From positions 1 to 52,147 of the forward strand of contig JAJFJC010000002.1 in assembly GCA_021774385.1 (NCBI GenBank): DNA of 52,147 bases, read 5' to 3'. The notes below the pieces were generated by a model, which ran no database searches, was not told the origin of the DNA, and was given only the letters and a program-made list of their open reading frames with translations. Source of the DNA: Alphaproteobacteria bacterium. GTDB taxonomy: Bacteria; Pseudomonadota; Alphaproteobacteria; UBA8366; GCA-2717185. The translations under genes and the position numbers were made by a program. Below are positions 1 to 10,058 of this stretch, piece by piece; the first letter of the stretch is position 1, and each line of letters opens with the position of its first letter.

Positions 1-2
1 AC

Positions 3-317
3 GGTATGTCCGTAATCATCGGGCACCGCGACACCCATTTTCGTTTTCTGCGTGACCTGTTGCCGGGCGACGATGTTCGCCTCACCAACCGCTCGGGTCA
101 GACCCATAACTTCGTAGTCCGAGAGCGTCATATCGTGCACAAGGACAATGCCCAGTTGGCGATGGACACACCCGGCCTGGCTTTGGTGACCTGTTATCCT
201 TTCGATGCGATCGAGACCGGCGGGCCATTGCGTTATGTCGTTCTCGCCGACCCGGTGGAGGCCGAGCCGCCGGTTAATACAATGCCGATGACCACGGCGG
301 CGGCCCCGGCGAGATGA
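3..317 (+). CDS. Class GN (marine proteobacterial) sortase, C-terminal part; 5' end lies outside the window
   Basis: Sortase His/Cys/Arg motifs GHRDTHF, LVTCYPF and GPLRYVV; the frame is open to the window edge. Confidence 0.85.
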   Translation, partial: GMSVIIGHRDTHFRFLRDLLPGDDVRLTNRSGQTHNFVVRERHIVHKDNAQLAMDTPGLALVTCYPFDAIETGGPLRYVVLADPVEAEPPVNTMPMTTAAAPAR

Positions 318-1150
318 AACAAGTGCAGCGTTTCACCAAGGAAAAACACCGATAACCCGGCGGCGAAGATCGGCAACATATGCGCGGTCAGGGAGGCACG
401 GCTCGGTCCGATTAGCTCGATGCCCCGGTTGTAACAAATATAGGCGATGATCGAGGCGAACACCGCGACATAGCCAACCGTCCAGAACGCTGTTGCATTC
501 AACGGCATCGGGCGCGCAACCGCTGTCTCCCACAAATAAAAAGGCAGGGTCATCAAAATCCCGAAACCCATCATCCCGGCAAGCATCGCGTTGGGATGCA
601 AATCCGCCGGGCGGCGCTTGACCAGGACCGAATAAAAGCTCCACGCGACGACCGCTGCGATCATCCAAAGATCGCCAGAGGTAAACTGCAAGGCGCCCAG
701 CATGGCGAGGTCGGCACGCGTGACGACTATGGCGATTCCAAGCATCGACAAAATGATCCCCGCACCCTGACGCAACCGCAACCGGTCACCCAAAATAGGC
801 AACGCCAGCAGGGGAACCAACGCTGGTGTCGCTGCGTAAATCAGCGCCGCATTAATCGCCGTCGTGGTGTTCACCGCGATATAAAGGAAAGTGTGGAATA
901 CCGACACGCCAAGAAGACCCAGCAGCGCGAGCAATCGCCATTCGCGCCGCATTACCGGCCACTGACGGCGGAGCAATGGAAATACGAACGGCAGAAAAAT
1001 CGCGAAGGCGACAACCCAACGCCAGAAAGATAAGCCGACCGGCGGCACCGCCGTGCTCGCGGCCCGACCAAGCACGATATTGCCGGCCCAGATAAGAGCC
1101 GCCGTCGCCATCAGCAGATAAGCGATCAAATTTGGTGTGGTGGGGCGCAT
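233..1150 (-). CDS. DMT/EamA family permease
   Basis: About 10 hydrophobic helices with two EamA repeats (IWAGN...; GD...W..YSVL..; LGE motif). Start set at the ATG at 1150. Confidence 0.85.
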   Translation of the reverse strand: MRPTTPNLIAYLLMATAALIWAGNIVLGRAASTAVPPVGLSFWRWVVAFAIFLPFVFPLLRRQWPVMRREWRLLALLGLLGVSVFHTFLYIAVNTTTAINAALIYAATPALVPLLALPILGDRLRLRQGAGIILSMLGIAIVVTRADLAMLGALQFTSGDLWMIAAVVAWSFYSVLVKRRPADLHPNAMLAGMMGFGILMTLPFYLWETAVARPMPLNATAFWTVGYVAVFASIIAYICYNRGIELIGPSRASLTAHMLPIFAAGLSVFFLGETLHLFHLAGAAAVVIGIVLTGGSASTGSARTT

Positions 1151-1281
1151 GGTCGCGCACGCTATCACATACCCACTTTCCAGAGAAAAGGTATGGCATT
1201 TTCCGTAGCGACGCGCCGCGCTTGTAAATTGGTTGGCGCGTAAGGCTAGTGGATAGAAGTTGAAGTCCTATATAATGAACC

Positions 1282-3486
1282 ATGCCTAATTCTTCCGGAC
1301 TTGCCGAGGCGTCACCCGCCTTTATCGCCGAATTGGAATCGCAGCCGGCGTTCGAGCGCCCGCTCACGGAGGGTGGGATTCGCTTTGAGCTGCACTCCGA
1401 TTATCAGCCGGCAGGCGATCAACCGCAGGCAATCGATGGGCTTTCCGAGGGCCTTGTCAACGGAGAGCGCGATCAGGTTCTGCTTGGCGTGACCGGATCC
1501 GGAAAAACCTTCACGGTCGCCAAGGTCATCGAGAACCTGCAGCGGCCAACCCTGGTGCTGGCGCCAAACAAGACGCTCGCCGCGCAGCTCTATGGCGAGA
1601 TGAAAGGGTTCTTCCCGGACAACGCGGTCGAATATTTCGTTTCCTATTACGACTATTATCAGCCCGAAGCCTACGTCCCGCGCACTGACACCTATGTCGA
1701 GAAGGAATCCTCGGTCAACGAACAGATCGACCGGATGCGGCATTCGGCGACGCGGGCGCTACTCGAACGGGACGACGTCGTCATCGTGGCGTCGGTGTCT
1801 TGCATCTATGGTATCGGCGCGGTGGAGACCTATTCGCGCATGACCGCCACGGTGAAGGCGGGCACCCAAATCGATACGCGCAAGCTGATGCAGCAACTGG
1901 TGGAATTGCAATACCGTCGCAACGACACCAGTTTTCAGCGCGGCGCCTTCCGGGTCCGGGGCGATACGATCGAAATTTTCCCCGCCCACTACGAAGACCG
2001 CGCCTGGCGTATCTCCATGTTTGGCGACGAGGTCGAGGCGATCCACGAATTCGACCCGCTGACCGGCGAGAAGATGACCTCGCTCGAATCGGTCCGCGTT
2101 TACGCCAACAGTCACTATGTCACGCCGCGCCCGACGCTGATTCAGGCGATCTCGGGCATCAAAGCCGAGCTCAAATCACACCTGAAGATGCTCAACGAGC
2201 ACGGCAAGTTGCTCGAAGCACAGCGTCTGGAGCAGCGCACGGTCTTCGACTTGGAAATGATCGAAGCCGCCGGCTCCTGTGCGGGTATCGAAAACTATTC
2301 GCGGTATCTTTCGGGCCGCAATGCGGGCGAGCCGCCGCCGACGCTGTTCGAGTATTTGCCGGACAATGCATTACTCATCGTCGATGAAAGCCACGTCACC
2401 GTACCGCAGCTCGGCGGCATGTATAAGGGCGACTTCGCGCGCAAATCGACTCTGGCAGAACACGGCTTTCGCCTCCCTTCCTGCATGGATAACCGGCCCC
2501 TCAAATTCGAGGAATGGGAGGCGATGCGGCCGCAGACAATTTATGTCTCTGCGACGCCGAGTCCCTGGGAACTGGAGCGGACCGGTGGCGTCTTCGTGGA
2601 GCAGGTCGTGCGGCCGACCGGGCTGATCGATCCCGTTTGCATCATCCGGCCAACCGAACATCAAGTCGACGACCTACTGGCCGAGTGTAAAAATTGCGTC
2701 GAGTTGGACCAGCGAGTTCTGGTGACGACACTGACAAAGCGCATGGCCGAGGATTTGACCGACTACATGGTCGAGGCCGGGCTGAAGGTCCGCTACATTC
2801 ATTCGGATGTGGAAACATTGGAGCGGATCGAAATTATTCGCGACCTACGGCTCGGCGTCTTCGACATTCTGGTCGGCATCAACCTGCTCCGCGAAGGACT
2901 CGATATTCCTGAATGCGCGCTAGTGGCGATCCTCGACGCGGACAAGGAAGGTTATTTGCGGTCGCGTACCTCGCTGGTACAGACGATCGGCCGCGCGGCG
3001 CGAAATATCGACGGCCGGGTTCTACTCTATGCCGACAGGATGACCGACTCGCTCGAATACGCCATCGGTGAGACCAACCGCCGGCGCGAACGCCAGCAGG
3101 CCTACAACGCGGCCAATGGCATCACGCCCGAATCGATCCGCAAGCAGATTTCCGACATACTCGAATCGGTGTACGAACGCGACCATGTCACCGTCGATAC
3201 TGGCGACGCAAAGCTGAAACATCTCGTCGGCATGGATCTTAAAACCTATATCAGCGCGGTCGAAGTACGCATGCGGGCCGCGGCAGCGGATCTTGAATTC
3301 GAGGAAGCCGCCGCATTGCGCGACGAGATCAAACGTGTCGAGGCGCATGATCTCGACATGCCCGTCGACACCGCACCGATTAATCCGAAAATCGCGGCCA
3401 GTATCCAATCGGTACCGAGCGGCATCCTGCCGAAAGGGCGCGGCAAGGGAAAACGCAAGCGGCGCGGCGCGCGCCGCGGTATCTAA
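1282..3486 (+). CDS. uvrB: Excinuclease ABC subunit B
   Basis: GDQP, Walker [22 protein letters not shown] beta-hairpin, [14 protein letters not shown] and a C-terminal UVR domain (FEEAAALRD). Confidence 0.98.
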   Translation: MPNSSGLAEASPAFIAELESQPAFERPLTEGGIRFELHSDYQPAGDQPQAIDGLSEGLVNGERDQVLLGVTGSGKTFTVAKVIENLQRPTLVLAPNKTLAAQLYGEMKGFFPDNAVEYFVSYYDYYQPEAYVPRTDTYVEKESSVNEQIDRMRHSATRALLERDDVVIVASVSCIYGIGAVETYSRMTATVKAGTQIDTRKLMQQLVELQYRRNDTSFQRGAFRVRGDTIEIFPAHYEDRAWRISMFGDEVEAIHEFDPLTGEKMTSLESVRVYANSHYVTPRPTLIQAISGIKAELKSHLKMLNEHGKLLEAQRLEQRTVFDLEMIEAAGSCAGIENYSRYLSGRNAGEPPPTLFEYLPDNALLIVDESHVTVPQLGGMYKGDFARKSTLAEHGFRLPSCMDNRPLKFEEWEAMRPQTIYVSATPSPWELERTGGVFVEQVVRPTGLIDPVCIIRPTEHQVDDLLAECKNCVELDQRVLVTTLTKRMAEDLTDYMVEAGLKVRYIHSDVETLERIEIIRDLRLGVFDILVGINLLREGLDIPECALVAILDADKEGYLRSRTSLVQTIGRAARNIDGRVLLYADRMTDSLEYAIGETNRRRERQQAYNAANGITPESIRKQISDILESVYERDHVTVDTGDAKLKHLVGMDLKTYISAVEVRMRAAAADLEFEEAAALRDEIKRVEAHDLDMPVDTAPINPKIAASIQSVPSGILPKGRGKGKRKRRGARRGI

Positions 3487-3500
3487 TCAGGTTAACGGCA

Positions 3501-4265
3501 ATGGCTATTCCCCAAACCGTTCTCGTTACAGGTGCCGCAAGACGGATCGGCCGTGCCATTGCACATGACTTAGCGGCCTGGGGCTGGTCGGTCGTCGTCC
3601 ACTACAATCGGTCCGCGGAAGATGCGGAAACCGTCGTTGCCGAAATTCAATCCGCCGGCGGCGCTGCGGTTTCACTGCAGGCGGACTTGGCGCAGGAAGA
3701 CGAAACGCAGCGTTTGATCGCACAATCCATCGAACGGTTCGGACCGATCGGGTGCCTCGTCAACAATGCCTCACGCTTCGAGCGAGACGATATCGATACC
3801 ACAACGCGTGAAAGCTGGGACGCGCATATCGAGCCCAATCTACGGGCGCCCTTCGTTCTGTCGCAGGATATGGCGGCAGCCCTTCCCGAGGATCAGGAAG
3901 GCGTCATCGTTAATATACTCGATCAAAGGGTTTGGAACCTGACACCGCATTTTCTGTCCTACACGCTCAGCAAAACCGGCCTTTGGACCTTGACTCGCAC
4001 CTTGGCGCTAGCGCTGGCGCCGCGAATTCGCGTCAACGGCATCGGACCCGGACCGACGTTGCGCAATGTCCGTCAAACCGAAGCGCAATTCCGGCGCGAA
4101 CAAGCGTCGGTGCCATTGCGGCGTGGCGCATCCTCCGAAGAAGTCGCACGCGCCGTGCGATTCATAATCGAATCACCATCAATGACCGGACAAATGATTG
4201 CACTCGATGGCGGCCAGCATCTCGGTTGGGCGCAGCCGCTGTCCGACAACGAGATAGAGGAATAG
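3501..4265 (+). CDS. SDR oxidoreductase, pteridine reductase/FolM-like subgroup
   Basis: TGAARRIG cofactor motif, NNAS, catalytic YTLSK and TGQMIALDGG. Confidence 0.85.
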   Translation: MAIPQTVLVTGAARRIGRAIAHDLAAWGWSVVVHYNRSAEDAETVVAEIQSAGGAAVSLQADLAQEDETQRLIAQSIERFGPIGCLVNNASRFERDDIDTTTRESWDAHIEPNLRAPFVLSQDMAAALPEDQEGVIVNILDQRVWNLTPHFLSYTLSKTGLWTLTRTLALALAPRIRVNGIGPGPTLRNVRQTEAQFRREQASVPLRRGASSEEVARAVRFIIESPSMTGQMIALDGGQHLGWAQPLSDNEIEE

Positions 4266-4559
4266 TCCAAAATGTCATCGATATCGAACCCTCCATTCAA
4301 TACGCAGCGTCAACGAAACCTGCCAACTCCCTGAATGGAAAGGACTCTTTTCAGAAGCATTGGGCTTTGAGTTTTACACAGTTGAAATTTTTCCGATGGG
4401 CCAATAAGCCAACGCACCGGAATCGTTGAATTTTTACGTTTTGGTAACACTTCAATTCCTGTTAATTATTATATTTCAATGGCTTGCTGCCGTTGCCTGT
4501 TTTTTAGGCAAAAAGTACAAGGTCCTGCATTCGTTGATCCTTGAGCGGTGTACCCTCGT

Positions 4560-4594
4560 TTTTCAACAACCTTATCCACAGATGCCGTGGATAT
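4560..4594. promoter_or_regulatory. Cluster of three DnaA boxes upstream of uvrC
   Basis: TTTTCAACA (4560-4568, 1 mismatch), 3 bp, TTATCCACA (4572-4580, perfect), 5 bp, inverted CGTGGATAT (4586-4594, 2 mismatches). A further TTWTNCACA match (TTTTACACA) lies at 4372-4380. Confidence 0.7.
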
Positions 4595-4700
4595 CGTGGA
4601 AGGGTTCCCGATTGATATGAATCAGCGCAACTTTATTATGCTTTTACTGGCGGGATTTGAATTTTTAAGATAACGAGTTCGGCAAAGGTACCCAGTCGCG

Positions 4701-6620
4701 ATGGCGGAACGAGCACGAACCGGCGGCGAAGCCGTCCCAGGCAACCGTAATGCCCATCGCGGCCTGCAAACGGGTGCCGCCGTCATTCAATCCTATCTCA
4801 AGACCCTACCGATCGCCCCCGGCGTATACCGCATGCTCAATCAACGCGGTGATGTGCTTTACGTCGGGAAAGCACATCAGCTTCGCAAACGCGTCACGAC
4901 CTATGCCAGCCCGGCAAAACTGCCCATTCGCCTGCAACGCATGGTCGCCGAAACCCAATCGATGGAATTCGTAACAACCCATACCGAGGTCGAAGCCCTA
5001 CTTCTCGAATCGAATCTGATCAAAAAATTGCGGCCGCGGTACAACGTCCTGCTGCGCGATGACAAAACGTTCCCCCATATCCTAATTACCGGCGACGGTG
5101 AATTCGCCCAGCTGCTCAAACATCGAGGCGCCCAGAAACAGGATGGTCGTTATTTCGGCCCCTTCGCATCGGCGGGGGCGGTGAACCGCACGATCGCCGC
5201 GCTGCAGCGCGCCTTCTTACTTCGTAACTGTTCCGACAATATTTTCCGCAGCCGCACGCGGCCTTGCCTTCAATTTCACATCAAACGATGCAGCGCACCC
5301 TGTGTCGGCCGGATCAGCCAGGAAGATTACGCTGCCATGGTTGGCGAAGCGTACGAATTCCTAACCGGGCATAGCGGCAAGATCCAAGCACGACTGGCCC
5401 GGCGCATGGAAAAGGCCAGCAATGTGCTGGAGTTCGAGGTCGCGGCCCGCATACGTGACCGGATCCGCGCCCTAACCCAGGTGCAGGCCCATCAGGACAT
5501 CAATGTCGCGGGGCTGGACAACGCGGATATCATTGCTTTGTATCAGGAAGGCGGGCAATCCTGCGTTCAGGTATTTTTCTTCCGTGGCGGCCGCAATTAC
5601 GGCAATCGCGCCTATTTCCCAAGCCATGACCGTCACTTGGACGCCGAAAACATCCTGTCCGCCTTCGTGGGGCAGTTTTACGACAACAAACCGCCACCAC
5701 GTACGGTTTTGCTCAGCCATACCTTGCCCGAACGCGACCTCATTGCCGAAGCGCTGACCACCCGCGCCGGACACAAGGTCCAAGTGCTGAACCCGCAGCG
5801 CGGCGGTAAACGAAAACCGGTCGAGCATGCGATCACCAATGCGCGCGAAGCACTCGGGCGGCGGCTTGCGGAAAGCACGACACATCGGCGTGCGCTCGAC
5901 GCGCTTGGGTCCCGCTTGGAATTCGACGGGCCACCGAACCGAATTGAAGTTTATGACAACAGCCACATTCAAGGCACCAACGCCATCGGCGCCATGATCG
6001 TAAGCGGCCCGGAAGGGCTGATGAAAAATGCATACCGCAAGTTCAATATCAAAACCGTCGGCGGCGAGGGCGATGCGGAGGCTGGCGACGATTACGCCAT
6101 GATGCGCGAGGTTTTGACCCGGCGCTTTACCCGCGCGCTTAAGGAAGACCCCGACCGTTCGGAAGGTAACTGGCCCGATTTGGTGATCGTTGATGGCGGA
6201 CGCGGGCAACTTGGCATCGCCGAAGAAGTCTTTGCCGAACTTGGCATCGACGACGTCAACCTACTCGGCGTCGCCAAGGGGCCGGATCGCAATGCCGGGC
6301 GCGAACGGTTTTATCAACCTGGCGGCGTCGGATTTACGCTACCACCCCGCGACCCACTGCTCTATTTTATCCAGCGCCTGCGCGACGAAGCCCACCGCTT
6401 CGCCATTACGACGCACCGCGCCAAGCGGTCGCGGGAAATTTCCGCGTCACCGCTCGATGAAATCGAGGGTATTGGCGCGAAACGAAAAAAGGCGCTGCTG
6501 TTGCATTTCGGGTCCGCTCGAAACGTCGCCCGCGCCGGTCTTGCCGATTTGGAAGCCGTCAACGGCATTAGTAAGGCCGTGGCAGAGAAAATTTATGGTC
6601 ATTTCCACACCGATCAGTAG
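4701..6620 (+). CDS. uvrC: Excinuclease ABC subunit C
   Basis: GIY-YIG domain (PGVYRM..LYVGKA), Cys-rich region, RIEVYDNSH RNase H-like domain, DGGRGQ, RDEAHRFA and C-terminal HhH motifs. Confidence 0.98.
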   Translation: MAERARTGGEAVPGNRNAHRGLQTGAAVIQSYLKTLPIAPGVYRMLNQRGDVLYVGKAHQLRKRVTTYASPAKLPIRLQRMVAETQSMEFVTTHTEVEALLLESNLIKKLRPRYNVLLRDDKTFPHILITGDGEFAQLLKHRGAQKQDGRYFGPFASAGAVNRTIAALQRAFLLRNCSDNIFRSRTRPCLQFHIKRCSAPCVGRISQEDYAAMVGEAYEFLTGHSGKIQARLARRMEKASNVLEFEVAARIRDRIRALTQVQAHQDINVAGLDNADIIALYQEGGQSCVQVFFFRGGRNYGNRAYFPSHDRHLDAENILSAFVGQFYDNKPPPRTVLLSHTLPERDLIAEALTTRAGHKVQVLNPQRGGKRKPVEHAITNAREALGRRLAESTTHRRALDALGSRLEFDGPPNRIEVYDNSHIQGTNAIGAMIVSGPEGLMKNAYRKFNIKTVGGEGDAEAGDDYAMMREVLTRRFTRALKEDPDRSEGNWPDLVIVDGGRGQLGIAEEVFAELGIDDVNLLGVAKGPDRNAGRERFYQPGGVGFTLPPRDPLLYFIQRLRDEAHRFAITTHRAKRSREISASPLDEIEGIGAKRKKALLLHFGSARNVARAGLADLEAVNGISKAVAEKIYGHFHTDQ

Positions 6621-6678
6621 AATATTCTAAAATTGGCGACTTGGCTGAAAAGGTCTTTTCGTCCAAGGAGATAGAGGA

Positions 6679-7302
6679 ATGATCACCAACCTGCCGAACC
6701 TCCTGACGCTTTCGCGGATCGGAGCCATACCGGCAATCGTTGCCCTGTTCTGGATCGAGGGGGATGCAACTCGTTGGGTGATGCTCGGTTTATACACCTT
6801 CGCGTGTCTTACGGATTTCTTCGATGGTTATGCCGCGCGATCCATGGGCACGATTTCAAACTTTGGCAAATTTCTAGATCCCGTCGCCGATAAACTGCTC
6901 GTTGCAGCGGTAATCCTGATGTTAGTGGCGTTCGACCGTGTCACGGGACCTGCAATTTTAGCGGGGCTGGTCATCTTGTGCCGGGAGATGCTGGTATCCG
7001 GTCTGCGCGAGTTCCTCGCCGACATTAAGGTCGGTGTTCCAGTCAGCGGCCTGGCAAAGTGGAAAACACTAATCCAAATGCTTACGCTTGGTTTTCTGAT
7101 CGTCGGCGACGCGGCGCCGGAAATTATTCCAGCGGTCCTAATCGGCGAGACCGGATTGTGGATTGCCGCCGGACTTACGATCGTTACGGGATACGACTAT
7201 TTGAAAACGGGCCTTAAATACCTCACGGCGAATGACCCCGTACCGGCTGAATCTTCCAATGAAACGGATGCGGCGAAAGCAGCCAAGGGCGGCATGCAAT
7301 GA
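6679..7302 (+). CDS. pgsA: CDP-diacylglycerol--glycerol-3-phosphate 3-phosphatidyltransferase
   Basis: NLPNLLTLSR and DFFDGYAAR...FGKFLDPVADK CDP-alcohol motif; follows uvrC; AAGGAG RBS. Confidence 0.95.
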   Translation: MITNLPNLLTLSRIGAIPAIVALFWIEGDATRWVMLGLYTFACLTDFFDGYAARSMGTISNFGKFLDPVADKLLVAAVILMLVAFDRVTGPAILAGLVILCREMLVSGLREFLADIKVGVPVSGLAKWKTLIQMLTLGFLIVGDAAPEIIPAVLIGETGLWIAAGLTIVTGYDYLKTGLKYLTANDPVPAESSNETDAAKAAKGGMQ

Positions 7303-7847
7303 CCAGTTCGCCATTTAGGAATAACATGAAAGTTTTTGGCCTCGCGGGTTGGAGCGGTAGTGGCAAAACGACTCTGGTGATGCAGCTTTTACCGACATTG
7401 ATTGGAAGAGGTTATGCGGTATCGACGGTAAAACACGCACACCACAATTTCGATATCGACAAACCAGGTAAAGATTCATACGAACATCGGCGGGCCGGCG
7501 CGACGGAGGTCATGGTAAGCTCAGCCAATCGATGGGCTCTCATGCATGAAAATCGGGGCGGACCGGAACCTGATCTCGACGCTTTAATCGCGCGAATGAC
7601 GCCTGTTGATTTGCTCCTCGTCGAAGGGTTCAAACGTTACGGACACGCCAAAATGGAAGTCCACCGGCCAGCAACGGGCAAGGAATTGCTTTGCCTGGAC
7701 GACCCTCACATTGTTGCGGTCGCCAGCGACGCCGTGTTACCGCAAGTATCCGTCCCCGTGCTGGATTTAAATAACGTTTCCAGCATCGCTGATTTTATCG
7801 TCGCTCATGTCGAGCTAGAAGAAGGCGTATCTCATGGCGCAGCTTAG
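7299..7847 (+). CDS. mobB: Molybdopterin-guanine dinucleotide biosynthesis protein B
   Basis: GWSGSGKTT P-loop, KHAHH.FDID.PGKDS and LVEGFK. The true start may be the ATG at 7326. Confidence 0.93.
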   Translation: MTSSPFRNNMKVFGLAGWSGSGKTTLVMQLLPTLIGRGYAVSTVKHAHHNFDIDKPGKDSYEHRRAGATEVMVSSANRWALMHENRGGPEPDLDALIARMTPVDLLLVEGFKRYGHAKMEVHRPATGKELLCLDDPHIVAVASDAVLPQVSVPVLDLNNVSSIADFIVAHVELEEGVSHGAA

Positions 7848-9111
7848 CGATGACTGTTTCGCGTTTGGCGAAACCCTGACGCCGTTGGACGATGCCTTGC
7901 GGGCACTCCATGAACGAACCGGACCGATTGCCGAAATGCATGAAGTTCCGCTGGATGCCGCGATTGGCCGGATCTTGGCGCAAGACGTGATCGCGCCTTT
8001 AAATGTCCCACCGCACGATAATGCCGCCGTTGACGGTTACGCGATTTATTTCGACGATCTCGAGCCACGGACCGAAACCCGGTTGCCAATTTCCGGACGG
8101 GCCGCCGCGGGACATCCGTTACATCGACCGGCAAAGCGCGGCGAAGCCATTCGAATTTTTACCGGTGCCGCCATGCCTGGGAATGACGACGCTCCCGATA
8201 CCGTGATGATGCAGGAAGACTGCCGGACCGAAGGCGAAGATGTCATCATCATGCCGGGGATAAAGCGAGGCGCAAACAAGCGCTTCGCCGGGGAAGATAT
8301 CCGTAAGGGTGAAACAGTATTGCATAAGGGTATGCATCTTCGACCTCAAGAGATTGGTGTCGCCGCTTCGCTGGGCGAGACGCATCTGCATGTTTTCGAA
8401 CCGCTTCGGGTTGCGGTCTTTTCGAGTGGCGACGAACTGCGCGAGCCCGGCACCGTTCTTGACGCTGGCGCCATTTTCGATTCCAATCGGTTTACGTTGG
8501 TGGCCGCGTTGAAGCAGCTTGGTTGCATCGTCACTGATCTAGGCATCATTCGCGACGATATCGATTCCGTCAAAAAAGCGCTCGGCGATGCCGTCACCGC
8601 GCACGATCTACTTCTGACCTCCGGTGGCATGTCGATTGGCGAAGAGGATCATGTCAAAGCGGCGGTCGAGGCATTGGGCTCCCTACATTTCTGGCGCCTG
8701 GCAATCAAACCCGGCCGCCCCGTCGCGCTCGGTCAAATCGACTCAGCTGACGGCCCAGTGCCCTTTGCCGGCCTGCCGGGAAATCCTGTGGCGGCCATGG
8801 TGACGTTTCTGGTCGTTGCCCGGCCGCTAATCCTGCGCCTATCCGGCGCGCGCGATGTCGCGCCTATAAGCTACCGGGTCCGCGCGGGGTTTAAACACCG
8901 CAAGAAAATCAGCCGCCGTGAATTCGTGCGCGCCAAGATTAGGACCGGCAACGATGGTACCCTCGTGGCGGAGAAACATGGGCGTGGCGGCGCTGGCGTT
9001 TTATCATCACTGGTCGGCGCCGACGGGCTGGTCGCGCTGCCGGAAGACATGACCTTCCTCGAAGCGGGAAGCATGGTAGATTTCCTGCCCTTCACCGAGG
9101 TCATGCCATGA
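7834..9111 (+). CDS. moeA: Molybdopterin molybdotransferase
   Basis: PPHDNAAVDGYA, IFTGA, SSGDEL, TSGG.S.GEED, IKPGRP and GLPGNP motifs. Confidence 0.95.
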   Translation: MAQLSDDCFAFGETLTPLDDALRALHERTGPIAEMHEVPLDAAIGRILAQDVIAPLNVPPHDNAAVDGYAIYFDDLEPRTETRLPISGRAAAGHPLHRPAKRGEAIRIFTGAAMPGNDDAPDTVMMQEDCRTEGEDVIIMPGIKRGANKRFAGEDIRKGETVLHKGMHLRPQEIGVAASLGETHLHVFEPLRVAVFSSGDELREPGTVLDAGAIFDSNRFTLVAALKQLGCIVTDLGIIRDDIDSVKKALGDAVTAHDLLLTSGGMSIGEEDHVKAAVEALGSLHFWRLAIKPGRPVALGQIDSADGPVPFAGLPGNPVAAMVTFLVVARPLILRLSGARDVAPISYRVRAGFKHRKKISRREFVRAKIRTGNDGTLVAEKHGRGGAGVLSSLVGADGLVALPEDMTFLEAGSMVDFLPFTEVMP

Positions 9112-9359
9112 AGATTCTTTATTTTGCCTGGCTGCGGCAACGCACGGGGATTGGCGAGGAGGAGATCACGATGCCGACGGCGGTTCGTGATGTCGCTACA
9201 CTGATCGATTGGTTAAAACTGCGGGGGCCAAACTTCGCGGAAGCCCTTGAAGACACCAGCGCAATCCGCGTTGCGGTTAACCAGGAATTCGCGACGCTCG
9301 ACACCGAGCTGTCGGGAACCGAGGAAGTCGCGCTGTTTCCGCCCATGACCGGGGGCTAG
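9108..9359 (+). CDS. moaD: Molybdopterin synthase sulfur carrier subunit
   Basis: MKILYFA start and C-terminal PPMTGG diglycine. Confidence 0.95.
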   Translation: MKILYFAWLRQRTGIGEEEITMPTAVRDVATLIDWLKLRGPNFAEALEDTSAIRVAVNQEFATLDTELSGTEEVALFPPMTGG

Positions 9360-9360
9360 A

Positions 9361-9840
9361 ATGGCGATTCGGGTACAGCGGGAAGATTTCGATGTTGGCA
9401 CTGAGATCGCCGCCCTGACGGACGAGAATCCCCGGATTGGTGGCGTGACAAGTTTTACGGGTTTGGTTCGCGACATGACCGAAGGGGCGCAAACCAGCGC
9501 AATGACGTTGGAACATTATCCTGGCATGACGGAAAAAATGCTGGCCGCAATTGACGCTGAAGCGCATGATCGCTGGCCGTTGGAGGCCAGCTTGATCATC
9601 CATCGCTATGGGCGGCTCGAAGCCGGAGATCGCATCGTCCTTGTCATCGCCGCCAGCCCACATCGGGACGACGCTTTTGAAGCTTGCCGGTTTTTGATCG
9701 ATTGGCTGAAAACAAGGGCGCCGTTTTGGAAGCTGGAGGAATCGCTTAATGGTTCCTCTCGCTGGGTTGAAGCAAAAGAAGCAGACGACGACGCGGCGGC
9801 GCGCTGGAACGCGAACGATGGGAATAAAAGAGCGGGTTAG
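9361..9840 (+). CDS. moaE: Molybdopterin synthase catalytic subunit
   Basis: F.GLVR, LEHYPGMT, HRYG.L and LKTRAPFWKLE motifs. Confidence 0.95.
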   Translation: MAIRVQREDFDVGTEIAALTDENPRIGGVTSFTGLVRDMTEGAQTSAMTLEHYPGMTEKMLAAIDAEAHDRWPLEASLIIHRYGRLEAGDRIVLVIAASPHRDDAFEACRFLIDWLKTRAPFWKLEESLNGSSRWVEAKEADDDAAARWNANDGNKRAG

Positions 9841-9842
9841 CC

Positions 9843-10055
9843 ATGGCGGAAATAATTAATCTGCGCGAATTTCGAAAACGCAAGGACCGCAAAACCAAAT
9901 CGACGAAAGCCGCAAGAAACCGGGCACTGTCAGGCCGCAGTAAAACCGAAAAGACCCGTGATGAAGATAACGCGGAACACGCGAAATCCAATTTGGATGG
10001 CAAGAAAATCGGCCCCCCTTCAACAGAATCCGAGCCAAACGGCGAGACGGAATAA
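9843..10055 (+). CDS. DUF4169-like small basic protein
   Basis: MAEIINLREFRKRK...A..NR...GR.K.EK pattern typical of this alphaproteobacterial family. Confidence 0.7.
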   Translation: MAEIINLREFRKRKDRKTKSTKAARNRALSGRSKTEKTRDEDNAEHAKSNLDGKKIGPPSTESEPNGETE

Positions 10056-10058
10056 TCA

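Noticed and set aside
4266-4700. AT-rich DnaA-box region as the chromosomal oriC; 64-aa ORF at 4426-4620
   Set aside because: There are few boxes and none of the usual origin neighbours (hemE, dnaA, parAB/gidA). The ORF has a TTG start, no recognisable features, and overlaps the boxes.
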